DNA of 64,000 nucleotides, from assembly GCA_963785305.1 (NCBI GenBank), contig CAWAUV010000008.1, positions 320,001 through 384,000 of the forward strand, written 5' to 3'. The notes beneath the pieces were generated by a model. The model saw only the letters and a list, made by a program, of their open reading frames with translations. It was not told where the DNA came from and ran no database searches. Shown one piece after another: positions 11,921-22,294 of this stretch. Both the position numbers and the translations under genes were made by a program. Position 1 is the first letter of the stretch. Each line of letters begins with the position of its first letter. The DNA is from an uncultured Planctomycetaceae bacterium (GTDB lineage: Bacteria; Planctomycetota; Planctomycetia; Pirellulales; PALSA-1355).

Positions 11921-11935
11921 CACTTCTTCGCTCTC

Positions 11936-12268
11936 TTGTCCCACGTCGAGACCAAGCGGACCGGCCCCAACGGCGCCGAGAAATTCTTCCAGCAAGCGAG
12001 CGGCTTGATCGCGGCGAGCGGCAATGTGCTCGACCAGCCGACGCTGGCGAGCATCCCGCTGCCGCCGGGCGCGTCGATCAACATCGATTCGACGTCGATC
12101 ACTTTCGGCGCGTCGCCGGCCATTCCGCAACCGTGGACCACCACGGTATACAATGTCGGCGTGGGATTCGCCAGCGGGGCGGCGGGCGGGGTGGCGGGCG
12201 CGATTCCCGGGCGCTGGTCGCGTCGGTCGTGACCGGCCCGGCGGGATTTTTCACGGTGCTGACCGCGG
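11936..12268 (+). pseudogene. Carrier A stub cut off before the Hint by a mini-RAYT end
   Basis: ...FFTVLTA then GAAAATCAAAGGGGTCAGG. Confidence 0.8.
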
Positions 12269-12269
12269 A

Positions 12270-12360
12270 GAAAATCAAAGGGGTCAGGCCTCATTGATTT
12301 TGCTGGCGGTTGTTGGTAGACTTGCGGCCATGCTATGACCACCACGAGCCGACGAAGCCG
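12270..12360 (+). mobile_element. Left end of mini-RAYT element type 1
   Basis: AAAATCAAAGGGGTCAGGCCTCATTG followed by decayed MPRPPRADEAGG (ATG CTA TGA CCA CCA CGA GCC GAC GAA); matches the left end of 24809-25249. Confidence 0.75.
12294..12322 (+). promoter_or_regulatory. Sigma70-like promoter carried by mini-RAYT type 1 (also 19476-19504, 24833-24861, 28204-28232, 30673-30701)
   Basis: TTGATT, 17 nt spacer, TAGACT with extended -10 TG, 7 nt before the former transposase ATG. Confidence 0.55.
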
Positions 12361-12407
12361 GCGGCGGGCATGCCGGCAACGCCACCGAGAAGACGAACGA
12401 AACCGCG

Positions 12408-14180
12408 ATGGCGCGGAATCTGTTCTTCCAGAACTACCAAGGCGAGGGAGATGAGAGCACGTCGCTGGCGGTGAACATCTCGCCGGAGACCACGACCAAC
12501 AGCACTTGGCAAGGTAATGTCGGCAAAGCCACCACGGTCTCCGACAGCCCCGGCCAGCAGGTCACGATGACGGTCGATTCGCTGTACGGCAACGGGATTC
12601 CCACCTTTACCACGATCACCAGCGCGTCGAACCCGCAAACGAGCGTCGCGCCATTCTCGGGCGAGGGCGGCCCGAAGTCGGCGTTGCAAGCGGCGCACGC
12701 GGCGGCGTTTGCCTCGACCTACGAAGACGTGTTCGACGAAAACGCGATAACCACGCAAAGCACGCTCACGCCGACACCCACGCGCAGCTCGTCGCCCTGG
12801 GCCAGCTACTGGTCGAACGTCGCCGAAACCGCGAAGGGGTATTTCATCGACGGGCCGGTGAACATGGTGAAGGGCCTCGTGGAAAGCGCCTACCAACTCG
12901 TTACCGATCCCGTGGGCACTTTCAACAATTACGCGAACATCGTCCGGCATCCGTTCGACACCGCGAAAGCGCTCTATCAGCATTACTCCGAGCTAGCGCA
13001 GTCGAACCGCGGCCAGGGCGAGATCGCCTTCGAGTTGGCGAGCGCGCTCGGCCCCGCCGGGCTGGCGAAACTCGACAAGATCCGCACGGCGAGCAAGATC
13101 GCGAAAGCCGCCGAAGCCGCCACCGTCGCCGACGCCAGCCGCGTCGCAACCATCGCCACCGACACCGAGGAGGCGCTCGCCGCCGCCAAGGCCAACGAGG
13201 CGACACGGGCCGGCGAGGTGGCGAACGAGGCGTCGGCCAACGCGGCAAGTGAATTCGTCACCGAAAACGCCGGCTGCTTCTTCGCGGGCACGCTGGTTGC
13301 GACCGAGTTCGGCTCGAAGGCGGTGGAGCGTGTCGGCGCCGACCACTTGGTCTGGGCCTACAACTTCGTCGTGGGGCAATGGGAACTGCGGCATGTCGTT
13401 GAGACGTACCAGACCGATTATGTGGGCGAGAAAATTCGGATCAATGTCGCGGGCGAGTGGATCGAATCAACTCGGCATCATCCAATCTGGGTAGTCGATG
13501 GCAAGGACCTTCAAATTCGGCCACGCCCCGAACACGTCAAGCGTGCCGAGCAGGATGCCGTGGGCGGCATGGGCCGCTGGGTCGACGCGGGCGATTTGCG
13601 GGTCGGGGACGTGCTGCTGCTCAAGCCTGATCGTCGAGCGAAGATTCGGGCGATTCAGGTTCAACTTGTCGTCGCGACGGTCTATAATTTCCAAGTCGAG
13701 GGCTTGCACAACTACGCCGTCGGCAATGCCCGTGTGTTGGTGCATAACAACGCGCCATGCTCCAAAGGGGCTAGTAATGTTCTTGATGCAACGGAAAATG
13801 TTCAGCCATATGACGTTGATTCGTATGGAAACCTTCAGCAAAGATCTCAGGTGGGAGACGGCCTATCGTTGGATCACCAGCCCTCCAATGCTTCGAATAT
13901 TGCTCGCGAGGAAGCTAAGCTTGGCCGGCAATTGAACGCTCAGGAGCGAGCAGCAATCAGAGATCAAGGTCCGGCTGTGGCTGTTCCCGAAGAATTGCAT
14001 AGAGCGGGAAGCCCGACATATGGCGGCAGGAATGCAGCGGCGCAAATAGCGGCCGACGCAGCAGATCCAATTGCGGCGGTAAGTCGTGACACGCAAGCAA
14101 TGATCAACGCGGCGAGCGAAGCATATAAATCGGCAGCTGTGGCCGCGGCTGCTAAACTTCGATTACTGGCTGGAGGATAA
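12408..14180 (+). CDS. Toxin cassette B1: carrier B stub, Hint (13275-13748), HNH-related nuclease-like tip (590 aa)
   Basis: CFFAGT...LVHNN; tip DHQPS...AVAVPEELH...SPTYGGRN. Confidence 0.8.
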   Translation: MARNLFFQNYQGEGDESTSLAVNISPETTTNSTWQGNVGKATTVSDSPGQQVTMTVDSLYGNGIPTFTTITSASNPQTSVAPFSGEGGPKSALQAAHAAAFASTYEDVFDENAITTQSTLTPTPTRSSSPWASYWSNVAETAKGYFIDGPVNMVKGLVESAYQLVTDPVGTFNNYANIVRHPFDTAKALYQHYSELAQSNRGQGEIAFELASALGPAGLAKLDKIRTASKIAKAAEAATVADASRVATIATDTEEALAAAKANEATRAGEVANEASANAASEFVTENAGCFFAGTLVATEFGSKAVERVGADHLVWAYNFVVGQWELRHVVETYQTDYVGEKIRINVAGEWIESTRHHPIWVVDGKDLQIRPRPEHVKRAEQDAVGGMGRWVDAGDLRVGDVLLLKPDRRAKIRAIQVQLVVATVYNFQVEGLHNYAVGNARVLVHNNAPCSKGASNVLDATENVQPYDVDSYGNLQQRSQVGDGLSLDHQPSNASNIAREEAKLGRQLNAQERAAIRDQGPAVAVPEELHRAGSPTYGGRNAAAQIAADAADPIAAVSRDTQAMINAASEAYKSAAVAAAAKLRLLAGG

Positions 14181-14184
14181 TTAA

Positions 14185-14676
14185 TTGGTATTTGATTTCG
14201 AGCAATTGCGAAGCCTCTTGCGCCGCCCAAGCGATGACGCACGCGTGCTGAAGCTCGTCGGCGGCGATTCTTCGGTTATCATACGAGATGAGTATTACGG
14301 ATCAGTTGAACTTAAAGACATGGGTCTTGAGTTAGTGATGCAGGAAGCGCCTTGGGTTCTTCCTCCCTCGGATTTTAGCGATCCAAAAAGCCTCTACGTC
14401 TCTGGCTTTCATTTTTATCGAGCAGGACTTAACGGATATTCTGAGTATCGTGGTAACTTTCCGAACGGAACGGCATTTGGTGATTCCGAGTCAAAGATTC
14501 GATGTAAGTTGGGAAAGCCGTTGAAGACTAGTGCTGGTGGGATTACACCAATTCTCAAAAAGCCCGTGCCCCGTTGGCTCCGCTACCCTCTTGTTGACTC
14601 GATGATTCATTTCCAATTCAATGATGATGAGGTGGAAATGGTCACTCTCGAGGTTGAGAGACTATTCGGCGTTTGA
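14185..14676 (+). CDS. Immunity protein for B1 (163 aa, TTG start)
   Basis: GGAGG in the toxin 3' end; starts 4 nt after the stop; AT-rich. Confidence 0.7.
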   Translation: MVFDFEQLRSLLRRPSDDARVLKLVGGDSSVIIRDEYYGSVELKDMGLELVMQEAPWVLPPSDFSDPKSLYVSGFHFYRAGLNGYSEYRGNFPNGTAFGDSESKIRCKLGKPLKTSAGGITPILKKPVPRWLRYPLVDSMIHFQFNDDEVEMVTLEVERLFGV

Positions 14677-14696
14677 TGTTTGCTTGTCCATCGTTG

Positions 14697-15692
14697 TCGA
14701 TCGCGAAAGCCGCCGAAGCCGCCAAGGCAGTCGACGCCAGCCGGGCGGCGAGCATCGCCACGAGCACCGAGGAAGCGCTCGCCGCCGCCAAGGCCGGGGA
14801 AACGACACGCGCCGCCGAAGCCACGTCGACCTGCGAGGGTGAATTCGGCGGCTGCTTCTTCTCCGGCACGCCGGTGGCCACGGAGTTCGGTCACAAGTCC
14901 ATCGAGAGCATTACGGCGGAAGATCGGGTGTGGGCCTGCGATCTGGTAACCAGCCGGTGGGAACTTCGCCCGATCGTTGAAACATATGTGACCGAGTACG
15001 TCGGCCAGAAGATTCGCACGAAGGTCGCCGGTGAATGGATCGAATCGACGTGGCATCACCCGATTTGGGTTGTCGATGGCCACGATCTCGCCGACCGCCC
15101 GCGGCCGGAGCACGTGAAACTCGCCGAAACCGCCGGCGCCACCGTCCCCGGCCGCTGGGTCGACGCGGGCGATCTGCGCGTCGGCGATTCGCTGCTCCTA
15201 AAAGACGGCCGCACGGCGCCGATCGAAGCCATCGAGGTTCACTTCGCCGTCGCCAAAGTTTATAATTTCCAAGTCGAGGGCTTGCACAACTACGCCGTGG
15301 GCAACGTCGAGGCCCTGGTGCATAACAACGCAGTTTGCCCGGGTAGTAGCACGCAAAGCACCGCTGGCGCAAAGCGTGGCCCCAAGACGGACCCGACCGC
15401 GCCGCACAACGCAAAAATACGATCTGAAGCAGATACGCTTGTGAGCGAAGGCAATCAGATTATCGCTGGCGGTGGTCAGAAGCCAGAGAAATTAGTCAGG
15501 ACGCCCGGTGGAAACAAAGAAGGGCGTCGGCCCGATATCGTCTATCAGACTCCCAATGGCGAATTGCGCGGACGTAACATCGGAAAAACAAAGGCTGATG
15601 GTTCGCCAGTCACGCGCGAGCAAAATGCGCTGAACGACCTCAATGGCAAGGGCGGCCTGCCGACGGATTTTGTTGCATATGATTCCTACTGA
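14697..15692 (+). CDS. Orphan toxin cassette B2: Hint plus REase-like tip
   Basis: Within ORF 14673..15692; tip GRRPDIVY...NIGKT...REQNALNDL. Confidence 0.75.
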   Translation, partial: SIAKAAEAAKAVDASRAASIATSTEEALAAAKAGETTRAAEATSTCEGEFGGCFFSGTPVATEFGHKSIESITAEDRVWACDLVTSRWELRPIVETYVTEYVGQKIRTKVAGEWIESTWHHPIWVVDGHDLADRPRPEHVKLAETAGATVPGRWVDAGDLRVGDSLLLKDGRTAPIEAIEVHFAVAKVYNFQVEGLHNYAVGNVEALVHNNAVCPGSSTQSTAGAKRGPKTDPTAPHNAKIRSEADTLVSEGNQIIAGGGQKPEKLVRTPGGNKEGRRPDIVYQTPNGELRGRNIGKTKADGSPVTREQNALNDLNGKGGLPTDFVAYDSY

Positions 15693-15699
15693 GAAAGCC

Positions 15700-16233
15700 A
15701 TGGCAGACATCAATATTCAATTTCACGCGCTCCCTGAGGAGCTTCGGCGGTTTGCCGAGCAATGTGTTCACGACTTCGATCTTCATGTTGTTGCGATGAA
15801 GTACTTTCCATTCGAGGCAAACGAAGTGCCGCAAGACTCGTTAAGCTCTGTTTTCTCAACCACGGCGCTGTTTCGCGAGCTTGCGTTTACGTTGGAACGT
15901 CCAGTTCTTCCTGTTGTGAGCAACCTAGATTTTTACGACAAGAACTCAAATAAACTGCGTCTAGACATTCAACGGCCGACAAAGGACGGGTTACGGCAGA
16001 CTTGGCTCGCTTGTCGAACGAACGACACGACGGCGTTGAGTGTCTGGAAGCAAATCGCGAAGCGGCTAAAAAAGATTACGAAAGCTGGCGTTATAGTAGT
16101 GAATCCCAATTCCGGTTGCTCCGCTCCCTGTTCCTCGTTTCGTTATACTGCCGGCGCGAAAGCGCTTGAGTGCGAAGGTGTTCGTATGCTCCCCGCCGCC
16201 GGAGGAAACATCATAAAATTTCCGAGCGATTAA
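15700..16233 (+). CDS. Immunity protein for B2 (177 aa)
   Basis: ATG 7 nt after the toxin stop; allele at 30008. Confidence 0.75.
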   Translation: MADINIQFHALPEELRRFAEQCVHDFDLHVVAMKYFPFEANEVPQDSLSSVFSTTALFRELAFTLERPVLPVVSNLDFYDKNSNKLRLDIQRPTKDGLRQTWLACRTNDTTALSVWKQIAKRLKKITKAGVIVVNPNSGCSAPCSSFRYTAGAKALECEGVRMLPAAGGNIIKFPSD

Positions 16234-16483
16234 CGATCTATTCAAGACTGGTGTCCCTATCCAGTGAATCTTGAGCGAACGTATGTTCGAGGGATCCGGC
16301 GTAAGATGTTGCTGAATGCGTGAACTTTGCGTCTCGTGTTCGCACGAGCGCGCAGTCGATCTTTGACAACTCGAGAACAGCGAGTGTCGATCGGTCGTCG
16401 GCTCGCGCCGCATGACAGCGCCGCTGATCTCGCGCAGGGAGCCGCGCGGTGCCAGCGAGCGAGTCGATAGAAGACGATCCGAT

Positions 16484-16590
16484 TCACCACGGCGGACTCG
16501 ACGACACCATATCGGAAAAGCAAGTCCGTGGCGCGTCGGCGAACCATCTCGCTTCCTTGCCTTCTTCGTGTCTTTGTGCTCTTTGTGGTC
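16484..16590. repeat. Degenerate REP-like hairpin repeat
   Basis: TCACCACGGCGGACTCGACGAC ... CTTCGTGTCTTTGTGCTCTTTGTGGTC followed by ACACTTCTTCG, as in the other copies. Confidence 0.55.
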
Positions 16591-16609
16591 ACACTTCTTC
16601 GATCTCTCG

Positions 16610-18399
16610 ACCGACAGCGGGCGTTCAACACGTTCGATGGCGTCACCCTGACCGCCTCCGACAACGTCGTCCATAGCTTCGACCTCGCCGATCGCCTCTC
16701 GAGCGGCGGGCATGCCGGCAACGCCACCGAGAAGACGAACGAAACCGCGGTGGCGCGGAATCTGTTCTTCCAGAACTACCAAGGCGAGGGAGATGAGAGC
16801 ACGTCGCTGGCGGTGAACATCTCGCCGGAGACCACGACCAACAGCACTTGGCAAGGTAATGTCGGCAAAGCCACCACGGTCTCCGACAGCCCCGGCCAGC
16901 AGGTCACGATGACGGTCGATTCGCTGTACGGCAACGGGATTCCCACCTTTACCACGATCACCAGCGCGTCGAACCCGCAAACGAGCGTCGCGCCATTCTC
17001 GGGCGAGGGCGGCCCGAAGTCGGCGTTGCAAGCGGCGCACGCGGCGGCGTTTGCCTCGACCTACGAAGACGTGTTCGACGAAAACGCGATAACCACGCAA
17101 AGCACGCTCACGCCGACACCCACGCGCAGCTCGTCGCCCTGGGCCAGCTACTGGTCGAACGTCGCCGAAACCGCGAAGGGGTATTTCATCGACGGGCCGG
17201 TGAACATGGTGAAGGGCCTCGTGGAAAGCGCCTACCAACTCGTTACCGATCCCGTGGGCACTTTCAACAATTACGCGAACATCGTCCGGCATCCGTTCGA
17301 CACCGCGAAAGCGCTCTATCAGCATTACTCCGAGCTAGCGCAGTCGAACCGCGGCCAGGGCGAGATCGCCTTCGAGTTGGCGAGCGCGCTCGGCCCCGCC
17401 GGGCTGGCGAAACTCGACAAGATCCGCACGGCGAGCAAGATCGCGAAAGCCGCCGAAGCCGCCACCGTCGCCGACGCCAGCCGCGTCGCAACCATCGCCA
17501 CCGACACCGAGGAGGCGCTCGCCGCCGCCAAGGCCAACGAGGCGACACGGGCCGCCAAAGCCACGTCGACCTGCGAGGGTGAATTCGGCGGCTGCTTCTT
17601 CTCCGGCACGCCGGTGGCCACGGAGTTCGGTCACAAGTCCATCGAGAGCATTACGGCGGAAGATCGGGTGTGGGCCTGCGATCTGGTAACCAGCCGGTGG
17701 GAACTTCGCCCGATCGTTGAAACATATGTGACCGAGTACGTCGGCCAGAAGATTCGCACGAAAGTCGCCGGTGAATGGATCGCGTCGACATGGCATCACC
17801 CGATCTGGGTCGTCGAAGGCCGTGATCTCGCCGACCGCCCGCGGCCGGAGCACGTGAAACTCGCCGAAACCGCCGGCGCCACCGTCCCCGGCCGCTGGGT
17901 CGACGCGGGCGATCTGCGCGTCGGCGATTCGCTGCTCCTAAAAGACGGCCGCACGGCGCCGATCGAAGCCATCGAGGTTCACTTCGCCGTCGCCAAAGTT
18001 TATAATTTCCAAGTCGAGGGCTTGCACAACTACGCGGTAGGCAACGTCGAAGCGCTGGTGCATAACAATGCGCCTTGCCCGTTTTCGGGAGCGGGTAACA
18101 CTCCAAACACGAACACTGTGAACGGCATCAAGGCTGCTGGAAAGTTTGATGATACTGTTGGTTCGCTCGAAGAGGCTCGCGCCGCAGTCAAGAGCGCTCT
18201 CCCCAATGCCGTCGAACTGCCGCCAGCGATCCCCGGCCAACCATATCCGAGTCCTCCACCTGGCACAAAACAATGGTTCCAGGTCCAGCCGCGCGAACCA
18301 AATGTAGGAAATAATTTACCCCACATCAAATACGCTGACTGGACAAAGGGGAAAAAATTCACCGGCGGCAGTTGGGGGCACATCTTCTTCTCAGAATAA
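16610..18399 (+). CDS. Orphan toxin cassette B3: carrier B stub, Hint, unassigned ~110-aa tip
   Basis: Within ORF 16528..18399; tip ends PHIKYADW...SWGHIFFSE. Confidence 0.75.
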
Positions 18400-18422
18400 G
18401 ATTTCTCAGAAAGAGCGAAATA

Positions 18423-18659
18423 ATGTCGGCAATGATCGAAATTTATTATCGCAAACCGTTTAGTGCAGCGCGAGAGCTAGGAATTACAAGCTGTTTAAGT
18501 CGATTTAGCGGGAGTATAACGTGCAGAGAAGACGATACGATGGACACAATTTGTTTGACTGCGGAGTTTGCTTCGTGGACAAATGCAAAATTCGCGGCGA
18601 CAATGCTTAGAGAAGCAGGTGAGCATGTGGAAGGGCCATCGGATTATGGCTCCGATTGA
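18423..18659 (+). CDS. Small immunity protein for B3 (78 aa)
   Basis: ATG within ORF 18372..18659, directly after the toxin. Confidence 0.65.
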   Translation: MSAMIEIYYRKPFSAARELGITSCLSRFSGSITCREDDTMDTICLTAEFASWTNAKFAATMLREAGEHVEGPSDYGSD

Positions 18660-18768
18660 AGTGTTTGCTCTTTCCATCTTGGCCAGCTACTGGGAGGTAA
18701 CTGTTAAGCATTTCCTCTTTCCCGAAATTGGGTTTTCGGTCACATTGGGGAATTCAAAAGGGGTCAGG

Positions 18769-19068
18769 GTGCGCGGCGCGAAGCCGGAGGAGAGTAGCGA
18801 ATGAAAGAGTCGCACGAGGCAAGGCCTAGCCAGCCACCTCGGCCTCGAGTGATGCGTCGTGTCGGGCAACTGGCAGGGCGAAGCGTTCACAGAGGCACGG
18901 CCGGGCGGTGTATCGAGCTCCGAAAACATTCTTTTGTGGCGGCCGACCTTGTCCTGACAAAGGGAAGGCAACAGTGATGTCGAACGATCATGGCGAGTCC
19001 GACGTCTCCCTCACGGAGTCAGAGACCACAGGTACGATTGGAACCTTTCCTCGCGGAAGCCGGGAGGC
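18769..19068 (+). ncRNA. Group II intron 5' fragment (domain I only; no RT, DV or DVI)
   Basis: Starts GTGCG; domain I-type strings GATGCGTC..GGCGAAGCGTTCACAGAGG, GAGCTCCGAAA, GCCGAC..GAAGGCAACA, GCCGGGAGG; EBS1 CCTGAC (18953-18958) is complementary to exon GTCAGG (18763-18768). Confidence 0.8.
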
Positions 19069-19451
19069 TGGGTGCCATGCTACGCCGCCCAGTGTTTTGG
19101 GATTGTGGGCGGTGGAAGCTTTGTCGCGTGTTGGATTTGCGTTGTTGAGGCCGTTTTGATTTTCGGCGGTCCGGGGGGCTTCTCTCGTTTTTTCCGAGGG
19201 TAGTTGCGGGCGTCTTTGCTGCCATGACGCGTATATTCGTCGTGCGTGGCTCGGAGAAGCGCCTGCGAGAGGCTCTCGCGTCGCGGAGCGCGCCGGCCGT
19301 CCGGCCGCTGGTTGCGCATGGCCCGGCGCACGATGTCGCGGGTCCGCGCCACCGACCATTTTCGCGGCGATCGATTCCGCCTAATGCCGGGCACGATTTG
19401 CAGCAGGCCCAGGAGCCATAGCCCCAGCACGATCCATTCCGCTTCGGCGTG
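19069..19451 (-). mobile_element. IS4-like transposase C-terminal remnant and element end
   Basis: ORF 19080..19460(-): WSVARTRDIVRR...DEYTRHGSKDARNYPRKKREKPPGPPKIKTA resembles planctomycete IS4 transposase tails; truncated by the mini-RAYT end. Confidence 0.5.
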
Positions 19452-19566
19452 GAAAATCAAAGGGGTCAGGCCTCATTGATTTTGCTGGCGGTTGTTGGTA
19501 GACTTGCGGCCATGCTATGACCACCACGAGCCGAGCAATTCAAAGGGGTCAGGACTCATTGATTTC
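19452..19566 (+). mobile_element. Two tandem left ends of mini-RAYT type 1
   Basis: AAAGGGGTCAGGCCTCATTG at ~19459 and AAAGGGGTCAGGACTCATTG at ~19542. Confidence 0.7.
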
Positions 19567-19709
19567 GCCGTTGGCGGCGTCGGCAACCCCACCGGCGGAA
19601 CCTAGCTGGCACCCGGTCCGGCCCAGGCCGATTCCAACGCCGACCGCGTCTTTGGGTACGGACCGATTCCGACGCGCTGGCCAATAAAAACGCCTCACTC
19701 TCGGACGGG

Positions 19710-19905
19710 CGGGAGCAAAGGGGACGCGAGTCGAATCGGGGGTCGGTTTTCTTGGGACGGCCGCGGGGACGAAGCGTCGATTGCAATCCACCGCGCGGTT
19801 TAGCGCATGGAAAATCAATCCCTTCGGCGGCATGCCCCCAGCTTAAGCCGGGACGCCTCAAACGTCGGTATCGACTCGCGACCCCGTTTTCGTTCGCCCT
19901 TTTCC
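19710..19905 (-). mobile_element. Mini-RAYT element type 2 (~195 bp, internally deleted)
   Basis: Inverted ends AAAGGGGACGCGAGTCGA / TCGACTCGCGACCCCGTTT; minus strand encodes GLIFHALNRAV fused to GLQSTLRPRGRPKK (start and end of a Y1/RAYT transposase). Confidence 0.75.
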
Positions 19906-21712
19906 GATCGACAACGAGAACGTCGTCACCGGCGAAGTCGAACACGACGGCATCCAGGCCAGCGATTCGATCTCGGCTTCCTACAGCGGCTCGGGCATCC
20001 AGACCACGCTCGCCTCGCGCGACTTCAACCACGATTTCTCGAGCCAAAACGACGCCGACCATGGAATCGATAGCGGCGGTTCGCACGACGCTTCGAGCGA
20101 TAGCTACTCCCAAAGCGTGAGCGACAGTTATCCGAGCGAAGGCCAGGGCCCCAGCGGGCAAGACCAGATCGAAACATCGCTCGTCACGACCGCGGCCGAC
20201 AGCCAATGGGCCGCCGGCGCCGGCTCGGGCACAAGCCAATCCGACACCACGACCTATTCCTACGACGATGCGTTCAGCCCCGGCTACGGCAGCAGTTGGT
20301 CGAGCAGCCAAACAAGCGACCCCTCGCTTTCGACCTTCGCGACCGCCGGCAACGGCGGCCAGCGGCAATACACCGCCAGCGCCGTGACACTGGTCAGCCC
20401 GCATGTGGCCGTCTTCAGCGTTCCGCTCTCGACGAACGCGCCGGTCGTGGCCGACACGATCAAGGTGGAGGAAACCGTCCCGCAACAGGCGTGCTTCGTG
20501 GCCGATACCTTGATCTTGATGGCGGAGGCGCCGCCGAAGCGCATCGACCAAATCCGCGTGGGCGACGAAGTGCTCTGCAAGGACGACGGCGATCCATTCG
20601 GCGCGCCGCGGCGCCGCGTGGTCGATTCGCTCAAGCGGCACCCGCCGACGGCGCTGGTGAGCGTGCATGTTCGCGATGAACTCGGCGTCGAGCTGCAATC
20701 GCGCACGACGGGAAACCATCTCTTCTGGACAAAGGAAGCCGGCTGGCTCCAAGCGCGAAGGCTCGAGCCGGGCCACCACGTCATCGGCCACGACAACCGC
20801 TTGCATGAAGTCCAGAAAGTCGTCGATAATGGCGAAGTCGAGCCGGTTTTCAATTTCTCCGTCGCCGAGTGCCACACCTATTTCATCGCCAACCAAGATG
20901 GCGCGATGAGCGTGCTGGTGCATAATGATTATGTCACATACGAGGAAGGTAAGAATGGCGTAACACTGGTCTATTATCAAGAGAGTTTGTTCGGCGTCGC
21001 CGATCGTCCACCGGTTTTTATTGGTTCTCTTCAGGGCAACAACGTAATCCACATCGCGCCCGACGGCACGAAAACCGCGGCGTCGTTGGACGCGGTGACG
21101 AGCGAAGTGACAAGCCTCGGCACGACCGGCAACTGGGGTCAATGGTTCAACAAAAATGGTGTGAGCGCGGGCGCTCCAGCGGCGACGAACCTCGAACAGG
21201 AGAAAGGCGGCGCTTTTGCATTGCAACTGAAACTCGACGAGGACAGCAATGCCCAACGCGAGTTGCAAAAGCAAGAAACAATTCCGAAAATCATCGATGG
21301 CAAGACAAACTCAGTCGACATGGCCGAAGCCACATTGGAGCAGGTCACAGTCAACACGCCGATCGACGTCGGCCTCGCGATGGCGGGAGGGTTGGGCCCG
21401 CTCCATCATATCGCAACGAACAAAAACTGGATATCGACGTTGCGCGGCGGTCCCTGGAGCCCACGGTTCGCGGCGATTTTTGAAAAAGCGGGAATGACAC
21501 TTGAGGCTGCGGCGAACAAAATAAACATTCCGGGACACGCCGGACCGCATCCCGAAGCGTACCACAAAGAAGTATTTGATCGTTTGAGACGCGCGGTCAA
21601 CGGTCTCTCGGGTGAGGCATATAAAAATGCGCTCATGAACGAACTCAACGCGCTCTCGCAGGAAGCGACGACTGCGGGAACTGAACTCAACAAGCTTCTC
21701 AACGGCGAATAA
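19906..21712 (+). CDS. Orphan toxin cassette C1: carrier C stub, Hint, linker, AHH nuclease tip
   Basis: ORF 20117..21712 extends upstream to the element edge; tip LHHIATNK...WSPRF..IFEKAG...GHAGPHPEAYH. Confidence 0.85.
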
Positions 21713-21725
21713 TACTGGGTGTGAA

Positions 21726-22289
21726 ATGGATTATTGTCGATTACTAACTGATGACAAAGCATACGCGGATCGTTGGTTTCTTGGCGAGCCCGTGACCGAC
21801 GAGGGCATCGAGGTCGATGCGCGCGAATTTTGTTATGGCCGCCCGTATTCGGGCCCACGACCTGCCGTTGTTCCGATCCGCCAGTCAGGCCGGTCGGTGG
21901 CTTTCCATTTAGCCGCCTTCGACATGCCGGTCGTTTCGAGCGAGATCGCTGATGTGCTCGAACATTCCGCCCCGGCCGACATTCAACGCTTCCCCGTCAC
22001 GATTGGCAGCGGAATTCGTGGATTCGAGATACTCAACGTGGTTGGAACGGAGCGTTGCGTGGATGAAGTTCGATCAAAGGCACGAAAATGGGGACCCGAT
22101 GACGGCCGCCCGGACAAGGTCGGGCAATACCGCCAGATTACGCGTTTAATAATCGATCCGCGACGAACCATGGGTCGACATTTGCTCAGAATCTGGGGTT
22201 CGTTGGTGGAGTTGATTGTTTCGGAGAAAGTAATGGAATCACTTTCTTCGGTGCCCGATCTTGGAATTGTCTTTGAAAAAGTGACCTGA
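21726..22289 (+). CDS. Imm11/DUF1629-like immunity protein (187 aa)
   Basis: PVVS...ADIQRFPV...EILNVV...PDKVGQYRQI..L.ID...LIVSE; follows the AHH toxin in all three copies. Confidence 0.75.
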   Translation: MDYCRLLTDDKAYADRWFLGEPVTDEGIEVDAREFCYGRPYSGPRPAVVPIRQSGRSVAFHLAAFDMPVVSSEIADVLEHSAPADIQRFPVTIGSGIRGFEILNVVGTERCVDEVRSKARKWGPDDGRPDKVGQYRQITRLIIDPRRTMGRHLLRIWGSLVELIVSEKVMESLSSVPDLGIVFEKVT

Positions 22290-22294
22290 TATGC

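Larger units (their letters stand above)
7000..12268 (+). repeat. Near-perfect tandem duplication, period ~2797 bp
   Basis: 7838/10635, 8589/11386 and 9139/11936 are all offset by 2797; proteins identical except one D/G change. Confidence 0.9.
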
